64,000 bases of DNA from Bdellovibrionales bacterium (GTDB taxonomy: Bacteria > Bdellovibrionota > Bdellovibrionia > Bdellovibrionales > UBA1609), in assembly GCA_027317865.1 (NCBI GenBank), contig DAHVQG010000015.1:2028-66027 (forward strand), in the 5' to 3' direction. The notes beneath the pieces are model-generated. The model searched no databases. It saw only the letters and a program-made list of their open reading frames with translations, and was not told the DNA's origin. The position numbers and the translations under genes are program-made. Numbering within the stretch: the stretch's first letter is position 1; every line of letters begins with the position of its first letter. This document shows positions 46,153 to 56,331 of this stretch, piece after piece.

Positions 46153-47814
46153 TTAGAAATCAAGTACAACGCCGGTATCTACGACATCTTGGCTGTAGTT
46201 CAAAAACGACCACGGCACGTTTGAAATATACTTGACGTGTTGGTAGTCCGCCAGCCAACCGATATGGTTTGTGATGTTAACGTGAGCCTCTAGTTCCGAA
46301 GTTACGACGCTGTCTGACCGTAGACTTCCAGCCGGAAGATCGTAACCAAAATTACTATAATTCGTTGCTGTATAAACAACGGAGGGTTTAACGTACAAAT
46401 CAAGGTCTTGATCGATCATGATTTTGCCTTTTAATCCCGCGCCATAATAATTATTGGTATCACCGCCGTTGACGACATCATTTTGTTGTCCAACTTGAAG
46501 TGACGGCGTCAGAGTTGAGCCGTTAAATTTAAAATGAACGTCGAAATCAAGTTCAGACGTTACAAATTGAGCCAGAGGATTTTGAATTAATTGTCCGCCG
46601 GGCATACCGTCGGCTTGCGGCGCCGGTTGCTCTATGTATTTTTGATCGGATATCGATGGTTCGAGTGCCAATTGTACCCACGGAGCCGCTTGATACGCGA
46701 CCTTACCAAAACCCGAATATTGATTGTAACTCGGCCGAAATCGCTGCGGCCCCAATACTGACGGAGCCCAATCGGTGTACTGTTCCGAATCTTCTTCGTG
46801 TTCCGCATAGACTCCGGTCTTCGCGGTGAAGCCGCTACCTAATTTATAGTGCAGCGTCTCGGTTAGTTTTGCGCGTGTGTAACGGAGCGGAAAGCCATAG
46901 TCGTTGCCAAAAACGTTTGGCCCGTCGATATAGTTTGGCCATTCGTCATTGCTGTATTTTCCGTGCAGGTCGGTGCTGGATTCGATCGAATCGGTCAAGG
47001 CATGCTTGTACTTTAAAGACGCTTTCGCCTCTTGTTGCTGATTCTGTTGTGATATTTGTTGATTTTCATAATCGAGAAGCGAGGCTTTGACGTAGCCGCT
47101 CCAATGCTGACCATCAAAACTCAACTTCGGATCCACTTTAAAAAATGTATCGCTAACGCCCGTTTGTGCGGGGTCGAGGTTGTTGTCATGTCCAATAAGC
47201 AAATCGACTTTGCCTTTGTATTTGGTTGGTTTTGTATTTTCGACGGTCTCTGTATTGGCCGTTAATTCATTAAGGGTCGCTGACGGGGCCACAGTATTGT
47301 CGATGCCAGACTGATTACCGACAGATCCGATGTCGGCGACACGATATTGTTCGCCTGGCAACAATTGCCGACGTTGCGCTTGTTGGCGTTGCAGCGCTTG
47401 TTGGCGTTGCAGCGCTTGTTGGCGTTGCAGCGCTTGTTGGCGAAGAAGTTGTTCGTGACGAATACGTGCTAGATAACGAAGATGCGCTAAATAGCGTATG
47501 TGCGCCAAATAACGAAGATGAGCTTCGTACCGTAAGTGTTCTTCATATCGAAGATGTGCTTCGCGTAAGTGCTCTTCATAACGAAGATGTGCGGCATACC
47601 TCTGACGTGCTTCGATGAGGCGCTGGCGCGTAATTTCGCTCGTTTTCTTGGCCGCGACGGTTTTGTGATCAAATTGGTTGTACAATGAGGGTGTCGCATT
47701 CGCGGTTTGTGCGATCGCGCGGGTACACACGGCCCATGCGAGAAAGACCGCTCCGAAAAAAATCATCACATTTTTTACGCGAACATTTGCGGCTGCTTCT
47801 TCAATCCTATTCAT
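46153..47814 (-). CDS. Outer-membrane beta-barrel protein with an N-terminal hexad-repeat (HLRYxx / LQRQQA) region
   Basis: Signal peptide ...IFFGAVFLAWAVCTRAIA|QT. About 78 aa of 6-residue repeats. The C-terminal roughly 380 aa have alternating aromatic/polar beta-strand character and end in a terminal Phe (VVLDF). Confidence 0.65.
   Translation of the reverse strand: MNRIEEAAANVRVKNVMIFFGAVFLAWAVCTRAIAQTANATPSLYNQFDHKTVAAKKTSEITRQRLIEARQRYAAHLRYEEHLREAHLRYEEHLRYEAHLRYLAHIRYLAHLRYLARIRHEQLLRQQALQRQQALQRQQALQRQQAQRRQLLPGEQYRVADIGSVGNQSGIDNTVAPSATLNELTANTETVENTKPTKYKGKVDLLIGHDNNLDPAQTGVSDTFFKVDPKLSFDGQHWSGYVKASLLDYENQQISQQNQQQEAKASLKYKHALTDSIESSTDLHGKYSNDEWPNYIDGPNVFGNDYGFPLRYTRAKLTETLHYKLGSGFTAKTGVYAEHEEDSEQYTDWAPSVLGPQRFRPSYNQYSGFGKVAYQAAPWVQLALEPSISDQKYIEQPAPQADGMPGGQLIQNPLAQFVTSELDFDVHFKFNGSTLTPSLQVGQQNDVVNGGDTNNYYGAGLKGKIMIDQDLDLYVKPSVVYTATNYSNFGYDLPAGSLRSDSVVTSELEAHVNITNHIGWLADYQHVKYISNVPWSFLNYSQDVVDTGVVLDF
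47374..47442. repeat. Tandem 18-bp repeat (TTGCAGCGCTTGTTGGCG): 3 perfect copies plus one partial copy, inside the OMP gene
   Basis: Perfect copies read directly at 47389-47406, 47407-47424 and 47425-47442, with a 15-nt partial copy at 47374-47388. It encodes (RQQALQ)n on the minus strand. Confidence 0.9.
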
Positions 47815-47987
47815 TTGATCACTCCGGTTTTGTACAAATATTTCGTTTCAGTCATAATGATGCGTTGCATAAATTACCATGTAATATTTAGATTTCAAAG
47901 TAAATTCAAGCAGATGACCAATTTTGTCACTTTTAATAGCTTATAAACTATTCAAGCAGAAATCGTGCCAGCCGCTCGTCATTCAGA

Positions 47988-48680
47988 TCAATGTAAAAAA
48001 CCTGCAACCCGTTCTGCGCGCAGTAAATAAGGTAGCGGGTTAATCGGTATTTTGTAACGTTGAAGTTCAAAATGGAGATGAACGCCGGTCGCGTTTCCGG
48101 TTTCTCCCATATCGCCAATTTGCTCACCAGCACGAACACGCCAGCCTGTTCGAACAAGAATGCGACTCATGTGAGCGTAAAGTGTTGACCATTTTTTATT
48201 GAATTCAAGAAGCACCATATTGCCATAACCGTGAAATATTGACCCGGCATAAACAACGATTCCGGCGGTGGCGGCGTAAATGGGCTCACCGTAATAACCG
48301 GCTAGATCAATCCCGGGGTGTTCACGATAACCGGTATTGTAAAAGTATTGCGTAATAATCAAGCGCCTTCTAATCGGCAATAAAATTCGAAAATGCTTGT
48401 GGTGCGATTTTGATTTTGATCTGCGCCGTGTGGTTACTGGTTGCACGGACTTTGCGACCGCAGGAGTGATGGGTTCGTTTGGAATCGGTTGCGACGAAAA
48501 TGCCGGCATTTCGATTTTGGGAGTAGCAAGAGACGGTGTTACAAGCGAGGGCGTCACAAGGCCCGGCGTAACGACTTTTTGATGGGCGCATCCTGCGCAA
48601 AAAAGCGACAAGTTTATAATCAACAAGCTTAAAAGAAGAAAGCCGGTGATTTGCTTTATGTGGGATGCCCGCGCATTCAT
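47988..48680 (-). CDS. M23 family metallopeptidase lipoprotein (NlpD/LytM-like)
   Basis: Lipobox [24 protein letters not shown] repeats. HPGIDLAG...[14 protein letters not shown]...GYGNMVLL...YAHMS...[18 protein letters not shown]. Confidence 0.85.
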   Translation of the reverse strand: MNARASHIKQITGFLLLSLLIINLSLFCAGCAHQKVVTPGLVTPSLVTPSLATPKIEMPAFSSQPIPNEPITPAVAKSVQPVTTRRRSKSKSHHKHFRILLPIRRRLIITQYFYNTGYREHPGIDLAGYYGEPIYAATAGIVVYAGSIFHGYGNMVLLEFNKKWSTLYAHMSRILVRTGWRVRAGEQIGDMGETGNATGVHLHFELQRYKIPINPLPYLLRAERVAGFLH

Positions 48681-49918
48681 GAACGATAGATTGGGAATTT
48701 TTCACAAAGTTCACGAACGCGCGCCTTTACGTTCGCGAGTAGTTTTTCATCATTCGGATTTTCGAGAACGTCGCATATCCATCCCCCGATGAGCTTCATT
48801 TCGGATTCACGCATACGGCGCGTTGTTAAAGCAGGGGTACCAATACGAAGTCCTGAGGTCACAAAAGGCGACCGTTTTTCGTTGGGGACAGTATTTTTAT
48901 TTACCGTAATGCCGGCCAAATCGAGGGCGTGCTCCGCATCTTTACCGGTTAGTTCACGCGACGACAAGTCGACTAGCATAAGATGATTATCAGTACCGTC
49001 AGTTACAAGTTCGAATCCGCGATTCATGATGACGCCAGCGAGTGTTTTGGCGTTTTTGACAATTTGTTCGCTGTAGACTTTAAACGCGGGCTGCAGAGCT
49101 TCACCGAATGCCACGGCTTTTGCAGCAATGACATGTTCAAGCGGACCGCCCTGAATACCCGGAAAAATTTTGGAGTTTAATTCTTTTGCCCGTGCGCTCG
49201 ACGTCAGAATCATGCCGCCGCGTGGACCGCGTAAAGTTTTATGTGTGGTCGTCGTGACAAAATCGCTGAAGGGAATGGGACTGGGGTGAACTCCGGCGGC
49301 GACAAGACCCGCAAAATGCGCCATGTCCGTCATTAATATTGCTCCTACGCTGTCGGCGATTTCGCGAAAAATTTTAAAATCGAGGATACGCGGATAAGCG
49401 CTGTAGCCTGCGATGATCATTTTGGGCTTTTCTTTTTTTGCAAGATCAGCGACGGCATCGTAATTTATAAGGTGAGTTTTGGCGTCGAGCCCGTATGATA
49501 CAATACGAAACAATAACCCGCTGAAATTTACGGGTGAACCGTGCGTCAGGTGGCCTCCGTGTGAAAGGCTCATACCCATTACTGTATCGCCGGGCTTGAG
49601 TGCCGCGAGATAAACCGCCATATTGGCTTGCGAACCGGAATGCGGTTGAACATTGGCGTGCTCGGCGCCAAATAGCTTTTTTGCCCGGTCGATTGCAAGT
49701 TGCTCAACTTGGTCGATGAACTGGCAACCACCGTAGTACCGTTTACCCGGGTAACCTTCAGCATATTTATTTGTAAGAACGGACCCTTGCGCTTCAAGCA
49801 CGGCGCGCGAGACATAGTTTTCAGAGGCAATCATTTCAAGGCCAAACTCTTGACGCTGAAGTTCCGCATTCATTGCCGCGGCTAATTCAGGATCAGAGCT
49901 TTTTAACACGTCGTTCAT
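48677..49918 (-). CDS. glyA: Serine hydroxymethyltransferase
   Basis: [26 protein letters not shown] (PLP Lys). ATG 49918 is preceded by GGAGGAGG. The track start at 49936 is less likely. Confidence 0.95.
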   Translation of the reverse strand: MNDVLKSSDPELAAAMNAELQRQEFGLEMIASENYVSRAVLEAQGSVLTNKYAEGYPGKRYYGGCQFIDQVEQLAIDRAKKLFGAEHANVQPHSGSQANMAVYLAALKPGDTVMGMSLSHGGHLTHGSPVNFSGLLFRIVSYGLDAKTHLINYDAVADLAKKEKPKMIIAGYSAYPRILDFKIFREIADSVGAILMTDMAHFAGLVAAGVHPSPIPFSDFVTTTTHKTLRGPRGGMILTSSARAKELNSKIFPGIQGGPLEHVIAAKAVAFGEALQPAFKVYSEQIVKNAKTLAGVIMNRGFELVTDGTDNHLMLVDLSSRELTGKDAEHALDLAGITVNKNTVPNEKRSPFVTSGLRIGTPALTTRRMRESEMKLIGGWICDVLENPNDEKLLANVKARVRELCEKFPIYRS

Positions 49919-50336
49919 GTCGGCCTCCTCCTTCAAATGGAGTGTTGAGAAATTCTGCTAAAATCACGCACGCGGCGGACGGTTCAATAAAACGGCTTGG
50001 TAAACACAAAACGTTGGCGTCATTGTGGGCCCGCGAAAGGCGCGCGATTTCTTCGTTCCAGCATAGAGCGGCCCGTATAAACGAATACCTGTTCGCACGA
50101 ATGGCCATTCCTTGACCGGAACCGCAAAGGAGAACGCCAACAGATGTATCAATACCGTGCTCCTTCATTGCGTTAACAACTCGATCGGCATAGTCCGGGT
50201 AATCAACCGACTCGTCGCTATTGGTCCCCAGATCACGCCATGGCAGGTCGGGAAATTGTTTGATCAAGTCGCTTTTGAGAGCGAAGCCAGCATGGTCGGA
50301 GCCGACAAAAATTATATTCGCGAAAACAGAAGACAT
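49893..50336 (-). CDS. rpiB: Ribose-5-phosphate isomerase B
   Basis: [11 protein letters not shown] and [15 protein letters not shown]. Confidence 0.9.
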   Translation of the reverse strand: MSSVFANIIFVGSDHAGFALKSDLIKQFPDLPWRDLGTNSDESVDYPDYADRVVNAMKEHGIDTSVGVLLCGSGQGMAIRANRYSFIRAALCWNEEIARLSRAHNDANVLCLPSRFIEPSAACVILAEFLNTPFEGGGRHERRVKKL

Positions 50337-51571
50337 GCGTTTGTTCCGCCAAATCCGAAACTGTTATTTAAAACATGATTTAATTTTCGTTCACGTGCCG
50401 TGTGAGGAACATAATCGAGATCACAATCCGGGCTGGGCGAATCAAGATTAATTGTCGGCGGCACAGAACCGGTTTGCAAAGTTAAAATCGATAAAACGCT
50501 TTCAATTGCTCCCGCCGCGCCAAGCGTATGGCCGGTCATGCTTTTTGTGCTCGAAACCCAACATTTTTTAGCGGCGTCAGTGCCGAGTGCCGATTTAATC
50601 GCATCACTTTCGGCGACATCTCCGGCCGGGGTGCTTGTTCCGTGTGCGTTGATATAACCAATATCAGTTGGATTGACACCTGCATCGGCAATCGCAAGCA
50701 TCATGGCGCGCGCTGCGCCCGCACCGCCAGGAGCGGGGTTGGTCATGTGATAGGCGTCGCTAGAAACGCCATAACCACTCACTTCAGCATAAATTCGAGC
50801 TCCGCGTTTTTTTGCCGATTCGTAATCTTCGAGGATGATTACCGCAGCCCCTTCGCTAAGCACAAAACCATCGCGGTCTTTATCCCATGGTCGGCTGGCG
50901 GCTTCAGGAGCCTCGTTGCGAGTTGACAGCGCTTTCATGGCTGCAAATCCACCAATCCCGAGCGGGCATACAGCAGATTCAGTACCGCCGGCGATCATCA
51001 CGTCACAAAGTCCGTCGCGGATATATCGAACCGCTTCGCCGATGGAGTGGCAACCTGTCGCGCACGCTGAGACGATGGCAAAATTCGGGCCGCGAAAACC
51101 GTACTGTATGCTGATATGCCCGGCCGCCAAATTTGAAATGACTTGCGGAATAAAAAACGGTGAGATGCGGCTCGGGCCGCGGTTGAGTAAAACCGTGTGC
51201 GTGTCTTCGATTCCAGGTAACCCGCCAATTCCGCAACCGACAAACGTACCCGTACGCTCGCGCAATTCGTCGGTCCACTCTAGACCGCAATCTTGAATCG
51301 CCATTTGGGCCGCCGCCGCAGAAAAATGTAAGAAGCGATCCATTTTTTTTTGGTCTTTTTTGTTTATAAATGGATCGGGGTTAAACCCCTTCACTTCGCC
51401 CGCAAAACGGACGTCAAATTGACTTGCGTCAAATCGGGTAATGGGAGCAACTCCCGACACTCCTTTGAGTGCATTTTCAAATGTTTCACGGGCCGTCAGG
51501 CCGAGCGGAGTCACAGCGCCAAGGCCCGTGACTACCACGCGCCTTTTTCCGTTTGGACGGCTTTGGTTCAC
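50312..51571 (-). CDS. fabF: 3-oxoacyl-ACP synthase II
   Basis: [34 protein letters not shown] and [10 protein letters not shown]. The GTG start overlaps the acpP stop as GTGA. Confidence 0.95.
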   Translation of the reverse strand: MNQSRPNGKRRVVVTGLGAVTPLGLTARETFENALKGVSGVAPITRFDASQFDVRFAGEVKGFNPDPFINKKDQKKMDRFLHFSAAAAQMAIQDCGLEWTDELRERTGTFVGCGIGGLPGIEDTHTVLLNRGPSRISPFFIPQVISNLAAGHISIQYGFRGPNFAIVSACATGCHSIGEAVRYIRDGLCDVMIAGGTESAVCPLGIGGFAAMKALSTRNEAPEAASRPWDKDRDGFVLSEGAAVIILEDYESAKKRGARIYAEVSGYGVSSDAYHMTNPAPGGAGAARAMMLAIADAGVNPTDIGYINAHGTSTPAGDVAESDAIKSALGTDAAKKCWVSSTKSMTGHTLGAAGAIESVLSILTLQTGSVPPTINLDSPSPDCDLDYVPHTARERKLNHVLNNSFGFGGTNACLLFSRI

Positions 51572-51804
51572 GCTTTCCCTTTACTTTGCAAATATTTTGT
51601 CACGTCTGAAACCGTGCGGAGCTTTTCTGCGTCTTCGTCAGGAATTTCAATATCAAACTCTTCTTCCATAGCCATGACGAGTTCAACAATATCCAGGCTA
51701 TCGGCGCCTAAATCGTCAATAAACGATGCTTCGGGTTTAATGCGATCGCCTTCGACGCCAAGTTGTTCTTCAATTATTTTCTTAATACGTGGTTCGGTAG
51801 ACAT
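51568..51804 (-). CDS. acpP: Acyl carrier protein
   Basis: From ATG 51804 with an AGGAG Shine-Dalgarno. ...[30 protein letters not shown] carries the phosphopantetheine Ser in DSL. Confidence 0.95.
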   Translation of the reverse strand: MSTEPRIKKIIEEQLGVEGDRIKPEASFIDDLGADSLDIVELVMAMEEEFDIEIPDEDAEKLRTVSDVTKYLQSKGKA

Positions 51805-51895
51805 AAATTCTCCTTTTTTTAGCAGTTTCGCTTTAAAAACCAAAACTCATACAGTAGCAAGCTCTATGAAAAAGTCCAGTGCCGCATCCAAGGCG

Positions 51896-52657
51896 TCACA
51901 TATAGAGGCCGCCATTGACGTGGATGGTCTGGCCCGTAATGTAGCTGGATTCGTCGCTCAGCAAAAAAGCGACACAGCTCGCAACGTCGCCCGCAATACC
52001 AAATTTCTGTAAGGGAATCTTCGACAAAATCGCATTTTTTTGTACTTCGTCCAACTGATTAGTCATGTCAGTCTGAATGAACCCAGGAGCCACGCAATTA
52101 ACCCGAATTGAGCGGGAACCAACTTCTTGCGCCACAGATTTTGAAAACGCTTCGATAGCGGCTTTACTCGCTGCGTAGTTGGATTGACCGGCATTGCCCA
52201 CGTGGCCAATCACGCTCGTAATATTGACGATTGAACCTTTGCGCGCTTTGAGCATCGCTTTCACGGCGGTTTTTGTGCACAAAAATGTTCCGCGTAAATT
52301 GGTTTGGAGAACATGATCAAAATCTTCGTTTTTCATTCGTAATAGAAGTTGATCGCGCGTGACTCCGGCATTGTTGACGAGGCCGTCGAGATGGCCAAAC
52401 CGTTCAAGAGCAAATTGAAAGCCTTTTTCAATGGAGTCTTCGCGGCTAATATCCATTTCAAATGTAAAGTGCCCGGGAGTTGTGTTTTGCGCACTGCTCG
52501 AACTGGGCAAATCAGAAAGCAAGGCCTCGGCAGAATCGGATCGTGAGGTGTACGTAAAAGCGACACGCGCGCCGGCTTCGGCAAGCGTGCGAACAATTCC
52601 CGCACCAATTCCACGACTGCCACCTGTCACCAAAATATTTTTATTTGTTAAATCCAT
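51896..52657 (-). CDS. fabG: 3-oxoacyl-ACP reductase
   Basis: From ATG 52657: MDLTNKNILVTGGSRGIG, NNAGV and SNYAASKAA. The TTG at 52684 would overlap fabD. Confidence 0.9.
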   Translation of the reverse strand: MDLTNKNILVTGGSRGIGAGIVRTLAEAGARVAFTYTSRSDSAEALLSDLPSSSSAQNTTPGHFTFEMDISREDSIEKGFQFALERFGHLDGLVNNAGVTRDQLLLRMKNEDFDHVLQTNLRGTFLCTKTAVKAMLKARKGSIVNITSVIGHVGNAGQSNYAASKAAIEAFSKSVAQEVGSRSIRVNCVAPGFIQTDMTNQLDEVQKNAILSKIPLQKFGIAGDVASCVAFLLSDESSYITGQTIHVNGGLYM

Positions 52658-52661
52658 CTCA

Positions 52662-53636
52662 CTAAATCCATTTTGTTGATTCAATCAATTTGAGATCTTC
52701 AATAGAATTGAAATTTAAAACCTTGAGATCTTCGTCACCAAGACGTTTGGCAAGTCCGGCTAATACCTGCCCTGGGCCGCATTCAATAAAAGTTTTGATT
52801 CCGCTTGCGATCATTGTGCGCATGCAATTAGTCCATAATACAGGTGCCGTGATTTGCCGGATCAATTGTTCACGAATGAGTTCCGGTTCGCTATTGAACT
52901 GCGCGGAAAAGTTCTGAACAATTGGGTGACTAGGTTTGCGAAACGCGATTCCGCTCAAAACGGTGCGCATTTCTTTTTCTGCAGGCTCCATTAGCGAACA
53001 ATGAAAGGGGGCGGAAACTTTGAGCGGAATAAATTTTACCCGCGCCGGTTTCTCCTCCACATTAGTTGTTTTATTTTTAAAATTGGCGACCATCCAATCA
53101 ATCGCGGTTTGCCGTCCGCTCACCACCACCTGCCCGGGAGCATTGAAGTTTGCCGGGGATAACGGTTTAAGACTGCTTTCAGCTTCGACCCATTCACAGA
53201 GTTCGCGCACTTGGTCGTCGGCAAGCCCCATGACGGCGCACATGCCCCCTTCACCAGGCGGTGACGCTTTTTGCATCGCCCGACCGCGCACACGAACCGC
53301 GCCAATCGCGTCCGAAAATGTAATCGCTCCGGCCGAAACTAGTGCGGAATATTCACCGACCGAATGACCCGCATAGGCGGCGGCTTCAAGCCCGCACGTG
53401 TCGTGCAAAACTTCGTAACTCGCGACCGAGACCAGAACCAATAACGGCTGGGTATTTTCTGTGAGTTTGAGATCCTGTTCGCTCCCCGAGAAACATAATT
53501 TGCGGCAGTCGAGATGGAGAATTTCGCTGGCTTCATCAAAACGTTGGGCGGCCTGTTTGAAATTGTCGACGAGATACTTGCCCATGCCGACGTGTTGAGA
53601 ACCTTGACCCGGAAAAATCGCACCGATCGAAATCAC
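52662..53636 (-). CDS. fabD: Malonyl-CoA:ACP transacylase
   Basis: IFPGQGSQHVGMG, GHSVGEYSALV and SAPFHCSLM. Confidence 0.9.
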   Translation of the reverse strand: MISIGAIFPGQGSQHVGMGKYLVDNFKQAAQRFDEASEILHLDCRKLCFSGSEQDLKLTENTQPLLVLVSVASYEVLHDTCGLEAAAYAGHSVGEYSALVSAGAITFSDAIGAVRVRGRAMQKASPPGEGGMCAVMGLADDQVRELCEWVEAESSLKPLSPANFNAPGQVVVSGRQTAIDWMVANFKNKTTNVEEKPARVKFIPLKVSAPFHCSLMEPAEKEMRTVLSGIAFRKPSHPIVQNFSAQFNSEPELIREQLIRQITAPVLWTNCMRTMIASGIKTFIECGPGQVLAGLAKRLGDEDLKVLNFNSIEDLKLIESTKWI

Positions 53637-53649
53637 AAATACGCCCCCG

Positions 53650-54645
53650 TTAAAACTTCAACAAAATAGATCCGCTGGTGATACCGGCGCCGAATGCCGT
53701 AAGAAGAAGATTTTGACCGCGTTTAATGCGACCGTCGCGAACGGCCCGATCGAGCGCGACGGGTACGGTTGCAGCTGAGGTATTACCCATGCGTTCGATT
53801 TCAAGCACGACTTTGGACATTGGAATTCCGAAGTGTTTGGCAACACCTTCAATAATGCGCAGGTTGGCTTGATGGGGGATGATCCAATCGACGTCCGCGC
53901 CGCTCATTTTATTGTGCTCAAGCGCCTCGCCGCAACTTTGGCTCATAGTGCGGACGGCATGTTTGAAAATCTCTCGGCCCTTCATGTGCATGCGATGCAG
54001 GCCTTTTTCGATATTTTCACACGAGTAGGGGTGAGCCGATCCCCCCATTTTGAATTGAAATAAATCAGAAATGCTGCCATCGGCGTGTAAGTGGTGAGAG
54101 TAAATTTTTGAAGTTTCGCCGGGAGTGGCACGCGTGACCACAACCGCGCCAGCGCCGTCGCCGAATAACACGCAGGTGTCACGATCTTTATAATCCACAT
54201 AGCGGGTGAGAATTTCAGCGCCGACAACAAGAATGTTTTTATGTGAACCCGCGACGATCATATCGTTCGCAATCGAGAGCGCGTAAATAAAGCCGGAGCA
54301 CGCCGCCGACATATCGAGCGCCATAATATCGCGTGCGCCAAGCTTCTTTTGCAGGACACATGCCGTGTTGGGCATGAGCTGATCGGGCGAGACTGTAGCG
54401 AACAGAATAGCGTCGAGATCTTTTGAAGTGATTTGAGCCATTTCAAGGGCACTTGTTGCCGCGCGAAGCGCTAAATCGCTTGTTACTTGATTTTCGGCAG
54501 CCACGCGGCGTGACCGGATACCGGTTCGTTCCGTAATCCACTGGTCGCTCGTCTCGACTAATTTTTCGAGGTCAAAATTGGTGAGTTCGCGGTCGGGCAA
54601 ATACGAGCCCGTACCAGCAATGCGTGTCTGATAGACTGCGCTCAT
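53650..54645 (-). CDS. fabH: 3-oxoacyl-ACP synthase III
   Basis: DMSAACSGFIYAL, IPHQANLRI, GNTSAATVP and the GAGITSG tail. Confidence 0.95.
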   Translation of the reverse strand: MSAVYQTRIAGTGSYLPDRELTNFDLEKLVETSDQWITERTGIRSRRVAAENQVTSDLALRAATSALEMAQITSKDLDAILFATVSPDQLMPNTACVLQKKLGARDIMALDMSAACSGFIYALSIANDMIVAGSHKNILVVGAEILTRYVDYKDRDTCVLFGDGAGAVVVTRATPGETSKIYSHHLHADGSISDLFQFKMGGSAHPYSCENIEKGLHRMHMKGREIFKHAVRTMSQSCGEALEHNKMSGADVDWIIPHQANLRIIEGVAKHFGIPMSKVVLEIERMGNTSAATVPVALDRAVRDGRIKRGQNLLLTAFGAGITSGSILLKF

Positions 54646-54648
54646 TGA

Positions 54649-54828
54649 CTATTGAGCGGTCGCGACGATTTCACGGCCGTCGTAATAACCGCAAGACGGA
54701 CAAACACGATGGGGCAGCTTCAACGACTCACAGTTCGGGCAATTCATAACTGTGGGAGCGGTTACGGCGTCATGAGAACGGCGCATATCCCGGCGCGAAC
54801 GTGTCGTCTTTTTCTTCGGTGTCGGCAT
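54649..54828 (-). CDS. rpmF: 50S ribosomal protein L32 (zinc-ribbon type)
   Basis: At 59 aa it falls below the ORF-track cutoff. Hand translation: [59 protein letters not shown]. The [12 protein letters not shown] and CxxC...CxxC pattern match L32. It sits in the conserved slot between yceD and the fab genes. Confidence 0.85.
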   Translation of the reverse strand: MPTPKKKTTRSRRDMRRSHDAVTAPTVMNCPNCESLKLPHRVCPSCGYYDGREIVATAQ

Positions 54829-54837
54829 AGTATACTC

Positions 54838-55371
54838 TCACTTTTTAATCGAACTGTTGTCTCTTAAAAGCGGGTTAAAATCAATGGGATTTTTTACTGT
54901 TCGGTTTGCGGCATTAAAAACGTCGTCGCAGTCGGGACGTGCACAGAGTGGGTGGTCCGGCTCTGCGAGCGCAATGTGTTCGTGCACAAAATCGCCAAGG
55001 TCAAAATCAAAACTCGTCGCGTAGTTGCATGTGATTTCGTGGTCTTTTACTGAATTGACGTGCCCAGAATGTCCCGCCCGTGTCCACTTCGCGGTCACGA
55101 CGATCAGCTCGTTAAATGAATCGTTAACTGGGTGGTGAAGTTCGCGGCCGCAGTGTGAGCAGATGAGATCCATTTCGGCGCGGATTTCTCCAGAAATCTC
55201 AAAAACATTACCAACAGGACGAACTTCAAGCGAAACATAATAGTTGTTGCTCCCGATCAGATCTCGCAATTGTTCGTCAAGTTCGCCATTTTGTTGGCTA
55301 AATTGATATTGTTCACCTTTTTCCGGTAAGCTTTTAAGGTTCACAAATGTCAGGTTGGTTGAGCGTTTCAT
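54838..55371 (-). CDS. yceD: YceD/DUF177 family protein (23S rRNA accumulation protein)
   Basis: 177 aa with CSHCGRELHHPVNDSFNEL.... Located directly upstream of rpmF, as in many bacteria. Confidence 0.8.
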   Translation of the reverse strand: MKRSTNLTFVNLKSLPEKGEQYQFSQQNGELDEQLRDLIGSNNYYVSLEVRPVGNVFEISGEIRAEMDLICSHCGRELHHPVNDSFNELIVVTAKWTRAGHSGHVNSVKDHEITCNYATSFDFDLGDFVHEHIALAEPDHPLCARPDCDDVFNAANRTVKNPIDFNPLLRDNSSIKK

Positions 55372-55467
55372 AGGATTGCCACCCTATGTCAACAGCGGCT
55401 AAGAGTCAATTGCTCATGTTCGTAAGTTATTGTCATTGCACAACTATCAACGGCACAATAACGGGAT

Positions 55468-56331
55468 ATGCGTTGGAATTGGTTAGTCTTTTTTGTCCTT
55501 TTGGGAGTTTCGATTCGTGCTTATGCCTTTCGCAAGATGGTCGTACCGCAAGATACAAATCTCTATTCGCGGCCTACGATTATGAGTATCGAAAATCGGC
55601 AACTGACAGTGGGCCGCCGGGTTGTCATAGCCGAGCATTCGTATCGCGGTTTTCGTCACATATTAATTGAGCGCCCGGGTTCAGGCGCAAATTCAAAGGC
55701 GATAAAGGGCCGGTTGGCGTGGATTCTTGAATCGGACTATCAAAGCTGGCTTCATAGGCAGCGTAGGAACGATCGATGGGCGCTATGGGCGGGGCCTATT
55801 TATTCTTACGTATATGAAGCTCCGCGGTCGGTGACGACAAGCGTGAACGATAGTTATGCCTTTTCACAATTTACAGGCGGCGCGCTTTATTATGCACTCG
55901 GCGGGGAATATAGAGAATCCGGGCGGATGTCGTGGCGGTTGGGTTTTGTACAACGGTCGATGGATGTCAGTGGTTCTACAGTTGAGCAAAGCACAGACTA
56001 CACGTCGGAATATGATATCAAGCAAACCTTCGTAGGGCTAATTGGCGGTTTTCGGTTCACCCCCAGAGGCTGGAAGCATTGGAAATTCGACGCTACGGCA
56101 GAGTTTTCACAGGGTGAGCATGTGAACATAACCGCAATCTCAGGGCCGGCAGTCAACAATAGTCTAATCAAGACCGCTACTTATTTTGTTTTGAGCGGAG
56201 GGTTTGATTATGCATATCGTTTAAGTTCGAATTGGTCACTACTGCCCGCGGTGCGTATGGGCGTCGTGGCCAGCACAAATCCCTTTATTTTGACGCTTGA
56301 GAGTGAGATGGATTTGGCTTATTCGCTTTGA
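55468..56331 (+). CDS. Hypothetical outer-membrane protein (SH3-like N-domain plus small beta-barrel)
   Basis: Signal peptide MRWNWLVFFVLLGVSIRAYA. The C-terminal part has alternating-pattern strands rich in Y/F/G/S. I recognise no family. Confidence 0.5.
   Translation: MRWNWLVFFVLLGVSIRAYAFRKMVVPQDTNLYSRPTIMSIENRQLTVGRRVVIAEHSYRGFRHILIERPGSGANSKAIKGRLAWILESDYQSWLHRQRRNDRWALWAGPIYSYVYEAPRSVTTSVNDSYAFSQFTGGALYYALGGEYRESGRMSWRLGFVQRSMDVSGSTVEQSTDYTSEYDIKQTFVGLIGGFRFTPRGWKHWKFDATAEFSQGEHVNITAISGPAVNNSLIKTATYFVLSGGFDYAYRLSSNWSLLPAVRMGVVASTNPFILTLESEMDLAYSL

Noticed and set aside
47359-47592. Tandem 18-bp repeats as a CRISPR-like or satellite array
   Set aside because: The repeats have no spacers, are in-frame and lie inside a long ORF, where they encode a regular hexapeptide repeat. 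They are coding repeats.
50528-52012. Long + strand ORFs (132, 153 and 220 aa) antisense to fabF, acpP and fabG
   Set aside because: They lie entirely opposite strongly conserved genes and have Ser/Arg/Ala-rich, compositionally odd products, which is typical of shadow frames. The same reasoning applies to 39854-40348 (antisense dnaE), 36172-36624 (antisense guaA), 22855-23331 and 22877-23308 (within the coiled-coil gene), 5917-6354, 20670-21092, 58311-58706 and similar track entries.
54652-54867. 71-aa + strand ORF in the track between fabH and yceD
   Set aside because: It is the antisense shadow of rpmF (L32, 54649-54828, minus strand). The rpmF translation is clearly conserved, whereas the + frame product has no recognisable features.
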